Shown here: in pieces, positions 56,550 through 64,000 of the stretch
Position numbering within the stretch: position 1 is the stretch's first letter
Layout of the letters: every line of letters begins with the position of its first letter
From: a virus
Direction: 5' to 3' (one strand)
DNA: 64,000 nt
IMG/VR virus record: IMGVR_UViG_3300048687_000070
Span: 24,185-88,184 of that record
Notes under the pieces: model-generated
Database searches by the model: none
The model's input: only the letters and a program-made list of their open reading frames with translations
What the model was told of the DNA's origin: nothing
Translations under genes and position numbers: made by a program

Positions 56550-56732
56550 TCGAACGGGCGAATGACGGGCGCGGCCTGTATCCGTTAGACCGGGTAGCGG
56601 GTCGCACCCCCAAGGCGTGCCGGCCTGTCGCCATCGGTTGCCCCCCTCGGTGACGGACCGGCACAGGATGGCTCCCGCATGCCCTGCGGGGGCCATCCGC
56701 TCGATTCGCCTGCGTGAGCTGCGGGGATACGT

Positions 56733-57028
56733 TGATCAATTAGGGGATATTTGGGGGCCGGGGCCTTGTGTTCGTGGCGTGCACTGGCGTGACGCTGACG
56801 AGCACTGCCGGATCGTGCTTGACGGGAAGCTCAAGGATTGTGCAGGTCAAAGCGGTTTATGAGCCCGTGACCTCAAGAGACAGCGTTCGCCGAGAAGTTC
56901 CTCAACTTCATCATTTCCGAAGTCATCCGCCACCACGAACAGATCGCGGAAGAGGCCGGGATCAGCGGCGGAGCCGGGACTCAAGGGGCCCAGTGATCGC
57001 AAACTGATCATTTAGGAGAGATTTGGGA
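56733..57028. other. attP-like junction with arm-type repeats
   Basis: TGATCAATTAGGGGATATTTGGGG (56733) and TGATCATTTAGGAGAGATTTGGGA (57005) flank the core, next to the integrase stop. Confidence 0.7.
56883..56996 (+). pseudogene. 3' fragment of a chorismate mutase-like gene (att core/replacement end)
   Basis: Reads AFAEKFLNFIISEVIRHHEQIAEEAG...stop; in-frame stop just upstream at 56868-56870, no start. Confidence 0.7.
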
Positions 57029-57030
57029 GA

Positions 57031-58284
57031 TCAACTCTCCCAGATCGACCCCCAGCCCAGATTCCCCATCGCCCGCTCATACAGCAGCTGCAGACCATCA
57101 AGCCGGGCCTGCCGCATCGGCGGTGTGGGATGCCGGTACGTGCCCTTGATCCCAGGGTACTTGTGCCCCATCTGCTCGTACCCCAACACCGGCCGCACGT
57201 CGATCTGCTCCTGCCACGAGTCGTGCGTGTGCCGCAGATCCCGCATCGTCAGGCCGGGCATCAACGGCTCCCACTCCGGACAGGGCGGTCGGCCGCGTCC
57301 GCGCGGGCGTTCGTCCCGGCCGTCCGCCGCCGGGCGCAGCACCTCGTGCCAGTAGCTCCGCCACCACCACTTGCCCTTCTTGGTGGTGAACACGAAGTCG
57401 TGCGGCCACTCCTCCAGATGCTCCCGCAGCAACTGGGCGAGGAATGGGGGCAGGTCTATGTCCCGGGCCGACTTGTCGTTCTTGGGCGGCTCAAGGCCAC
57501 GGAATATCTTCCGCTTCCCCTCCTCGGTGCGCTTGTAGTACTCGGCAAGCGCCCCCTCGTCCTTGTCGACCCGGATGACGGGGCACGTGAAGAACCCGCC
57601 GTCGTGACTCTGCCGCCGCTCCAGCAGTGCGTTGCGGCGGTGCAGACCCACGAGCTCCTCGTAGCGCATACCAGTGAAGGCGTCCGTCAGGACGTGCAGC
57701 CCGTACACCGGGCCGAGGCGCCGCGCCAGCCGGAGTACCACCTCGGGCTCGGCGACCTGCTCTTCGTCGCTCTTCTTCTTCGCCGGGTCCGCAGGCAGAC
57801 CTGTGAGGCGGCGGCCGGCAAGCGGGTTGACAAGGAGGTGCCGGGAATCGACGGCGCCGTTCACGATGCGCGTCATGAGCTGCACGCAGTCCTTCGTCGT
57901 GCTGCGCGCACACTTCAGCGTGCGCGCCCATGCTTCGACGTCGAACCAGTTGACCGCGATCAGTGGGGTGTCCTTCCAGCGTGGAAGGATGTGCGCGTCC
58001 AGCCGCTCCCACCGGTTGATCTCGGTGCGCCCACGGGGTTTCTGTGCGGCCATCCATTGCTTTGCAAAGACGCCGAACCTCTTGCGCGACACCTCAGGGT
58101 CGATCCAACGGCCCTCATCCATGGCCGCTTCCTGCTTGGCGCCCCAGTCCTCGGCCAGCTTCTTCGTCGGGAACCCGGGCTCGCTGCCCCACGAGCCGTC
58201 GGGCTTCTTGTACCGAGCCCGCCACGTGAACTGCTTGGTGGTTTTCCCGTTGCGGACCTTGTAGACCTTCTCTGCGTAGGCCAT
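57031..58284 (-). CDS. int: Phage tyrosine integrase
   Basis: N-terminal arm-binding WRARY..GFPTKKLA; TGMRYEE, PKN, RDLRHT, MGH, TYRH. Confidence 0.92.
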   Translation of the reverse strand: MAYAEKVYKVRNGKTTKQFTWRARYKKPDGSWGSEPGFPTKKLAEDWGAKQEAAMDEGRWIDPEVSRKRFGVFAKQWMAAQKPRGRTEINRWERLDAHILPRWKDTPLIAVNWFDVEAWARTLKCARSTTKDCVQLMTRIVNGAVDSRHLLVNPLAGRRLTGLPADPAKKKSDEEQVAEPEVVLRLARRLGPVYGLHVLTDAFTGMRYEELVGLHRRNALLERRQSHDGGFFTCPVIRVDKDEGALAEYYKRTEEGKRKIFRGLEPPKNDKSARDIDLPPFLAQLLREHLEEWPHDFVFTTKKGKWWWRSYWHEVLRPAADGRDERPRGRGRPPCPEWEPLMPGLTMRDLRHTHDSWQEQIDVRPVLGYEQMGHKYPGIKGTYRHPTPPMRQARLDGLQLLYERAMGNLGWGSIWES

Positions 58285-58308
58285 GACCGCCCCCCTCTCC
58301 GTGTGCGC

Positions 58309-58710
58309 TCAGCTGGCCCGATTCCGGGCGGCGTGCGCATCGGGCACTCGATGCCAGTGTGGCGAGCGCTCCGTCAGCTTGCGGGAGATTACGGCGGCTC
58401 CGTAGGCGCTGATGGCCTCGTCCGCAACGATGTAGGTGATCGACCGGGGGGTGTCCTCGAGGCGGAGCCGGAACGGGTTTGGCAGATCCGGTTCGCGCAC
58501 AATGCGCACCGGGACGACGGGACCGCTCTTCATGCCGGTGGGGCGCGGTACCCAGCGGCGCGCCTGCTCGGTCATGGCCTGGGAGAACCAGGTGGCACCG
58601 TCGGGCGTGATGTCGTCGTTGTGGAACGTGAACGTGCAGCCGTCATCGTGATCGACGATGAACGGCGCGAAGTGACTCCCACCCAGACGCTCAACTTGCA
58701 TGACCCACAT
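58309..58710 (-). CDS. Hypothetical protein between repressor and integrase
   Basis: Co-oriented ORF; no HExxH motif, so not an obvious ImmA protease. Confidence 0.6.
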   Translation of the reverse strand: MWVMQVERLGGSHFAPFIVDHDDGCTFTFHNDDITPDGATWFSQAMTEQARRWVPRPTGMKSGPVVPVRIVREPDLPNPFRLRLEDTPRSITYIVADEAISAYGAAVISRKLTERSPHWHRVPDAHAARNRAS

Positions 58711-58807
58711 GCTTACTTCACCGATCCGAGATGTGCCCCCCTCGGTGGCGGTTTGAGCATGTTGGCATATTCAGACGGTCAACGCACCGTCAGTACCGTA
58801 AATATCT

Positions 58808-59338
58808 TCACGTCTCTTGAGGATTTTCTGTCTCAGATGCGACTCCCTGCAGATGCCGCCGGGCCTTGCGGTATTGCTGCCATCGCCGGTCGAGCTCTTC
58901 TTCGCTCATACCCTCAGCGCCCTTGAGGACCACGATGATCCTCGTGTCGTCATCGTCATCGTCGCCGCCGAGGTGGATGACGGCGCTGTCCAGCGTCTCC
59001 CCGGAGCGGAGCTCCAGCTCGACGGCCGGCGGCAGGTTCGAGCGGACGGCACCCGAGGCGGCAGGCTCGGGGGGCTGCGGGGCGGCCTGAGGGGTGGGGG
59101 CGTCGCCGTCGAGGACGGCGTCGGGGGAGCTCTCAGTCCAGCCGACAAGACGCGCGTAGGCGCGCATCGTATTGGTGACCTTGGTGAACGGTTTGCCGTT
59201 CGACTGCCGGCCTCGCTCGATGGCCTGGATCGGTGTGCGGCTGACGTGCAGCTGCTCAGCAGCTTGGACCTGCGAGAGGCCGAGTGTTTCGCGGGCGTCG
59301 GCGAGGGCTCGGCCGAGCCGCTTCCAGTCTCGTTCCAT
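58808..59338 (-). CDS. Immunity repressor (XRE)
   Basis: RLGRALADARETLGLSQ...IQAIERG; divergent from a Cro-like gene. Confidence 0.85.
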   Translation of the reverse strand: MERDWKRLGRALADARETLGLSQVQAAEQLHVSRTPIQAIERGRQSNGKPFTKVTNTMRAYARLVGWTESSPDAVLDGDAPTPQAAPQPPEPAASGAVRSNLPPAVELELRSGETLDSAVIHLGGDDDDDDTRIIVVLKGAEGMSEEELDRRWQQYRKARRHLQGVASETENPQET

Positions 59339-59554
59339 GGCCCCTCATCATGCACTACTTCCATGCAACCCCCTAGCCGGGATTCGGCCTTTTGACCTGC
59401 GTCTTAGCTCGCAAATAGAGCGTTTGGGTTGCATGGGGCGCGTATCGATCGAAGGTGCCTATGGGGTGTTCGACGTCAGTAAGGGCTCTAAAAAAGAGCA
59501 TTGATGTGGCGTTGATGCTTGCCTAGCGTGCCATTGGCGGCTAGGTTTTGTGGC
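59339..59554. promoter_or_regulatory. Lysis-lysogeny switch region
   Basis: Lower-GC divergent gap; inverted copies CCATGCAACCC (59361) and GGGTTGCATGG (59426). Confidence 0.65.
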
Positions 59555-59761
59555 GTGAGACCGCACTCCGGCGCTATCCGCTACAGACGGGAGGCTCTCA
59601 AGATGAGCCTTGCAGCACTATCCGCCCGCACCGGCATCCACGAGAGTCACCTCTCCAAGGTGGAGCACGGCAAGGCCGGACTGGGCGACACGAACATCCA
59701 CCGACTGGCGGACGCCCTGGGTGTCACCCCCAACGACATCACCCACGAGGAGAAGCCGTGA
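59555..59761 (+). CDS. Cro-like XRE protein
   Basis: MSLAALSARTGIHESHLSKVEHG. Confidence 0.85.
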   Translation: MRPHSGAIRYRREALKMSLAALSARTGIHESHLSKVEHGKAGLGDTNIHRLADALGVTPNDITHEEKP

Positions 59762-60036
59762 CCGCCCCCCAGGCCGCGCGCAAGCCCAGGATCCGAGAGG
59801 CGCTTCCCGCGCCCCAGACCGACGAGGGCCTCTACTTCCACTACACGCCCTACGAGGCAGCGAAGTGGGCCCCGTTTTCCGGCAGGACTCTCGCCGACAT
59901 GATCGCCCGCCGCGAGATCGACTACGTCTTCAACGGCCGCGACAACTACCTGACCGGCGCCCAGATCCTCACGCTCGTCGCCAAGTACACCGTGACGCCG
60001 TTCCAGAAGCCGGCCGCCACCCGCGCCGCCGCCTAG
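59758..60036 (+). CDS. Excisionase-like HTH protein
   Basis: YTPYEAA...SGRTLADMIARREI. Confidence 0.6.
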   Translation: MTAPQAARKPRIREALPAPQTDEGLYFHYTPYEAAKWAPFSGRTLADMIARREIDYVFNGRDNYLTGAQILTLVAKYTVTPFQKPAATRAAA

Positions 60037-60126
60037 AGCGGCATGCGGCCCCAACCGCCGGGGGCCTAAGCCCGGCAGCCGGGGCCTCGATTCACCACCC
60101 GAACCGTGAAGAAACAGGAGTGAACC

Positions 60127-60465
60127 GTGAGTTCATCATCCCAGAACCCGCGCCCTGCGCCGAAGCCGACGGGCCTTGGTCGCGACGAAGCGAAGGCCCG
60201 CGTGCTGGCCAAGATCGAAGCAGAGAGGGCACTCCCCGCGAGTAAGCGGATTGCCAACATGCTGCACGCGGTGCACACGACCGCCGATGCGCAGGAGGTG
60301 CTGAACCGCTTCCGCGCCGAGGTGCTCCGTGAGGCGGAGGGCATCGCAGTCGAGATCTTCGACGCCGCCAATGAGCGCGGTGACCGAGCGGCCGCCAATA
60401 TCGCCGAGCAGATCGCCGACCGCCTGGAGCGTGAAGCCCGCGAGGCTGAGGGCGGTGCGCGATGA
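60127..60465 (+). CDS. Hypothetical protein
   Basis: AGGAG RBS; RAEVLREA motif. Confidence 0.65.
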   Translation: MSSSSQNPRPAPKPTGLGRDEAKARVLAKIEAERALPASKRIANMLHAVHTTADAQEVLNRFRAEVLREAEGIAVEIFDAANERGDRAAANIAEQIADRLEREAREAEGGAR

Positions 60466-60707
60466 ACGACCGCACCCGCATCCCGACGCCGCCGGCCGTC
60501 TCGGTCTTCCGCGCCCTGCACCTGCCGCCGGTCATCTTCGAGGCGATGGTCCTCCAGGCCGACATCGAGCGCGAGCTCCCGCGTCTGCGCCCGCTGGCCT
60601 CGGTCGAGGACCAGGGCGACCGCGAGACCATCCTCGCCCGGCACGCCGCCGCCGCGAAGACGCTCGCCGCCTACCCGTCCATCGTCGGCGCCCGGAGCCT
60701 GTCGTGA
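60462..60707 (+). CDS. Hypothetical protein
   Basis: ATGA coupling. Confidence 0.65.
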   Translation: MNDRTRIPTPPAVSVFRALHLPPVIFEAMVLQADIERELPRLRPLASVEDQGDRETILARHAAAAKTLAAYPSIVGARSLS

Positions 60708-61210
60708 GCGCCCGCCTGTCGCCGCAGCGCGAAACCGAGATCACTGAGGAGCAGGCCCGCCAGCGAGTTGCGGACCAGATCCTTCCGATCGTCTTCGCAA
60801 CGAACGTGTCCCGCGCCGCCTGTCTCACCGAGCCGCCCGAGGCCATTCCGCTTCTGACGGCTCGCCGAATTGCCTCCAACGTCAAGAAGTGGGTGCTCAC
60901 CGGCGACTGGCAGGACAGGGCACTCACCGACCTGGAGTTCGAAAACGTGAGCCGCGCGAGCGTTCCCGCACTCCTTGCCGAACTGGTTACGGCCCGCGCC
61001 GAACGCGACGAGGCCCGCGCGCAGTTGGCGAAGTACGTCGGCCACGAGCCGACGAGCGCCGAGGAGATGGCCTACCTGTCCCGCTGCCTCGACGCCGTCC
61101 GAGACCTGTGCGACGACGCGGAGAAGCAGGCGAAGCGGTGGGAGACGCCGCTGCCGGTCCCCGAGTGGGTCGACCAGGTCCGCGCCGCAGCCGAGGGCGG
61201 TGCCCGGTGA
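60704..61210 (+). CDS. Hypothetical protein
   Basis: GTGA coupling; VPALLAEL..RAERDEAR. Confidence 0.65.
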   Translation: MSARLSPQRETEITEEQARQRVADQILPIVFATNVSRAACLTEPPEAIPLLTARRIASNVKKWVLTGDWQDRALTDLEFENVSRASVPALLAELVTARAERDEARAQLAKYVGHEPTSAEEMAYLSRCLDAVRDLCDDAEKQAKRWETPLPVPEWVDQVRAAAEGGAR

Positions 61211-61416
61211 CCGCCGACATTGCCGCTCTGGACATGGCGCTCGCGCAGGTCGAGGCGAACGCCCGCGTCCTGACGCTCCACGCCGCCGAGGCCCGCACCC
61301 ACTCCGTCTCGGACGCGCTCGCGTACCGGCTCGACGAGTGGCTCGTCACCCACCCCGACGCCCCGGTCTCCACTGGCGCCGACTACCCGAACTGGACGCC
61401 CGGAGGCGCCTCGTGA
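61207..61416 (+). CDS. Hypothetical protein
   Basis: GTGA coupling. Confidence 0.6.
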   Translation: MTADIAALDMALAQVEANARVLTLHAAEARTHSVSDALAYRLDEWLVTHPDAPVSTGADYPNWTPGGAS

Positions 61417-61784
61417 GCATCGACCTCGCCGCGGTCTACATGACGGCCGCCGACATCATCCGCGTCAACGGGCACGCCAAGGGCCACTACTTCAACCGTC
61501 CCGAGTCCGGCGTTGGAATCGAGCTGAGCGCCCGCGAGTGCCCGCCGTGCGTCGCTGGCGCCATCTCCATTGTCCTCACCGACTGGCCCGTACCGATGGC
61601 CGACGACGAGAGCGACCTCGACGACTACGAAGGCGCCGTCCTACGGCTGACCGAGCTGCTCGACCTGGAACGCGACCCGATGCTCGAACCCGTCGCCCGC
61701 CTTGCCGCCTGGAACGACGCCGACGAGCGCACCCAGGGCGACGTCATCGCCGCCCTGGAGAACGCAGCGAAGGCGGTGGCGTAG
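61413..61784 (+). CDS. DUF6197-like protein
   Basis: AADII..NGH.KG..CVAGAI...AWND..RTQ.DVIAAL..AA. Confidence 0.7.
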   Translation: MSIDLAAVYMTAADIIRVNGHAKGHYFNRPESGVGIELSARECPPCVAGAISIVLTDWPVPMADDESDLDDYEGAVLRLTELLDLERDPMLEPVARLAAWNDADERTQGDVIAALENAAKAVA

Positions 61785-61958
61785 ATGGTGCCCCGTCTCG
61801 CTGACGAAGAGGTCACGGAGCTCGCCCGCGTCGACCAGACCGCCCACGAGGACTTCGGCCGCGACGAGGCCAGTTGGACGCCGCCCCAGTGGCGCCGCTA
61901 CTTCGCCGACATCGACGCCATCCACGCCCAATTCCCGCACGAGGAGGTGGCCGCGTGA
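61785..61958 (+). CDS. 57-aa hypothetical protein (not in ORF track)
   Basis: MVPRLADEEV...EEVAA fills the operon gap exactly. Confidence 0.55.
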   Translation: MVPRLADEEVTELARVDQTAHEDFGRDEASWTPPQWRRYFADIDAIHAQFPHEEVAA

Positions 61959-62131
61959 CCGCGCTCCTGCCCGAGCAGCCCGTCGCGATCGCCCCGCAGC
62001 TGCTCCGCGCCCTCGACCTCGTACCGAAGCCGGCCGTACCCCGCTGGGCGGCCGACCCCGACTTCATCGCATCCGTCCTCGCCGGACTCGTCGACATCCC
62101 CGACGAGTTCACCACCCAGGAGGCGCAGTGA
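61955..62131 (+). CDS. Hypothetical protein
   Basis: GAGGAGG RBS; GTGA coupling. Confidence 0.6.
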   Translation: MTALLPEQPVAIAPQLLRALDLVPKPAVPRWAADPDFIASVLAGLVDIPDEFTTQEAQ

Positions 62132-62631
62132 GCATCCTCAACCTTCGCGGCACCGGTACCCGCCGCGCCGTCGACAAGGTCGGCGAACTCCGTGACGAGA
62201 ACCGGCGCCTGCTGACCGCGTACCACCGCGCGGGCGACCACGTCGCGCTCCTGGAGCAGGACCTCGCCACCGCCCGCCTCCGGCAGGCCGAAGCCGAGGA
62301 GATCGTCGTCAAATTGCAGGCCGACCTCTTCGACCTCACCGCGGAACGCGACGCTCTCGCCGACGAGGTGCGGCACCTGCGCGCCGCACTCGCCAACGCG
62401 ACCGCCGTCACCGTCCCGCCCGCGGTGCGCGACACCCGGAACGGCGCCGACCAGGCGACCGCACCCATCGACGTCCGCTCCCTCCGCGACGCCGCCGACG
62501 TCGGACTCCTCAGCCCCATCGTCCGCGTCTCGACCAGCGGCGCCAGCGCCAACCCCGGCCAGCCGCCCGTCACCTGGGGGCGCGGCACCGACGACACACA
62601 GCCGCTGCCGCGCGCCAACCCCGCCGCCTGA
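62128..62631 (+). CDS. Coiled-coil hypothetical protein
   Basis: Heptad region; AGGAGG RBS. Confidence 0.7.
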   Translation: MSILNLRGTGTRRAVDKVGELRDENRRLLTAYHRAGDHVALLEQDLATARLRQAEAEEIVVKLQADLFDLTAERDALADEVRHLRAALANATAVTVPPAVRDTRNGADQATAPIDVRSLRDAADVGLLSPIVRVSTSGASANPGQPPVTWGRGTDDTQPLPRANPAA

Positions 62632-62804
62632 TCCCGCCGCCGCGCCGGATGTGACCGGCCGGCGAGGCGGCGACCCAGACAAACAAATCCATAGACCGCC
62701 GCGTCGAACCCGCCCCCAGGGCTCCGCGGCAACGAGGGCCGCCCCGTCCCCCTCCCCCTGTCGGGCGGGGCGGCCTTCACCTCGCACACCCTTTTGGAGA
62801 CCTC

Positions 62805-63134
62805 ATGAGCACCACAAGCCCCACCATTCCGGCAGAAACCGCACGCCACGTCCTGTGGCGGTACGACCGCCAAGGCGGCGCCCAGCCCGGCTCGTTCACC
62901 CAGCACCTCATGGCGGCGATCGAGAGCGCCGACGTGGTCCACCGGGCCATCCTCCGCGACGCCTACCCGGTCCTCTCTGAGGCCCTCCACCTCGCCCGCT
63001 ACGACGAAGAAGGCCTCGCCAAGCTCCAGCGCATCGCGACCGGGCAAGCGCCGCTCGGCTGCAAGTGCGGCGACACAGTCGGACCGTTTGACCTTCAGGG
63101 CCGCTGTGAGACCTGCGCCGAGGCCGCCGCATGA
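62805..63134 (+). CDS. Hypothetical protein with C-terminal Zn motif
   Basis: QPGSFTQHLMAAI..AD; C-terminus shared with 72..362. Confidence 0.75.
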   Translation: MSTTSPTIPAETARHVLWRYDRQGGAQPGSFTQHLMAAIESADVVHRAILRDAYPVLSEALHLARYDEEGLAKLQRIATGQAPLGCKCGDTVGPFDLQGRCETCAEAAA

Positions 63135-63997
63135 CCGCCGCCGTCGAGGTCGACGCCCCCGCCCTGGGCCTGCACACAGACCTCTCCAACGAGGCCTACC
63201 ACGCGGACAAGACGTCTCTGTCGTCGTCTGGCGCCCGCAAGCTCCTGCCCCCGTCCTGCCCCGCCAAGTTCCGCTGGGAGCAGGACAACCCGCAACCCGC
63301 CAGCAAGACGTTCGACTACGGCAACGCCGCCCACAAGCTCGTCCTCGGCAACGGCCCGAAGCTCGTCGTCATCGACCACGAAACCTGGAACACCAAGGCC
63401 GCCAAAGCCGAGGTCGCCGAGGCCCGCGCCATGGGCGCCATCCCCCTCAAGCGGCACGAGATGCAGATGGTCACCGACATGGCCGACGCCATCCGACGCC
63501 ACCCGCTCGCCGCCGCACTCCTCGACCCCGCCTACGGGGCCCCCGAACAGTCCGGGTTCTGGATCGACGGACCGTCCGGGATCCGGCGCCGAGTCCGCTT
63601 CGACTGGCTGCCCTCCATGCAGGGAGGCCGACTGATCGTCCCCGACTACAAGACGGCCGCCGACGCCAGCGACGACGCCTTCCAGAAGGCCACCGACAAG
63701 TACGGCTACAACCAGCAAGCCGCCTGGTACGAGGAAGCCGCCCAAGCCCTCGACTTCGGCGACGAGACCACCGAACTCCTCTTCGTGGTCCAGGAAAAGA
63801 CGGCCCCCTACCTGGTCAACGTCATCGGCCTCGACTTCTTCGCCCGCGAGATCGGCCGCGCCAAGAACCGGTTCGCCATCGAGACCTTCGCCGAGTGCAC
63901 CGAGAGCGGCAACTGGCCCGGCTACGCCGACGAAAACCCCAACTACGTGCCTCTGCCCGGCTGGGCCGAGAACCGCGACAAGGAGATCTACCTGTGA
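63131..63997 (+). CDS. RecE/exonuclease VIII-like nuclease (second copy)
   Basis: Near-identical to 359..1234 apart from the N-terminus and ~8 residues. Confidence 0.9.
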   Translation: MTAAVEVDAPALGLHTDLSNEAYHADKTSLSSSGARKLLPPSCPAKFRWEQDNPQPASKTFDYGNAAHKLVLGNGPKLVVIDHETWNTKAAKAEVAEARAMGAIPLKRHEMQMVTDMADAIRRHPLAAALLDPAYGAPEQSGFWIDGPSGIRRRVRFDWLPSMQGGRLIVPDYKTAADASDDAFQKATDKYGYNQQAAWYEEAAQALDFGDETTELLFVVQEKTAPYLVNVIGLDFFAREIGRAKNRFAIETFAECTESGNWPGYADENPNYVPLPGWAENRDKEIYL

Positions 63998-64000
63998 GCT

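Larger units (their letters stand above)
1..56882. mobile_element. Prophage A (siphovirus; its left end with integrase and repressor lies upstream of the window)
   Basis: Continuous recombination, replication, terminase, portal, capsid, tail and lysis modules ending at an att-like junction. Confidence 0.9.
56883..64000. mobile_element. Prophage B, left part (integrase, immunity, early genes)
   Basis: int-repressor-cro-xis-early genes leading to a diverged copy of the nuclease gene at the window start. Confidence 0.8.

Noticed and set aside
63131-64000. Terminal redundancy or circular-contig overlap
   Set aside because: Copies differ at many positions and in the upstream gene, and HNH plus P27 terS suggests cos packaging. 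An assembly chimera is not fully excluded.

Overview
High-GC actinobacterial (Streptomyces-like) DNA that is essentially all temperate siphovirus. The window starts in the early region of one prophage: RecE-like nuclease, replication module and small accessory ORFs (1-14.1 kb). It then runs through a regulatory island (14.2-17.0 kb), virion, packaging and lysis genes (25-52 kb) and a Xer-like recombinase with a dif-like site (52.5-53.9 kb). It reaches an attP-like junction at ~56.9 kb that carries the 3' end of a chorismate mutase-like gene. Beyond this junction come an integrase, repressor, Cro and early genes, ending in a second, slightly diverged copy of the RecE-like gene. This fits two related ~62.8 kb prophages in tandem. 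The most striking element is an apparently intact Streptomyces plasmid/AICE-type transfer module inside a complete-looking phage (17.1-24.5 kb). It comprises a TraB-like FtsK ATPase, clt-like GGGAGGC repeats directly behind it, Spd-like membrane proteins (one whose gene is full of frame-independent GTACCG repeats) and divergent GntR/XRE regulators. This suggests a phage that may also move its DNA between hyphae without virions. All family assignments come from motif recognition by eye; no database searches were run.
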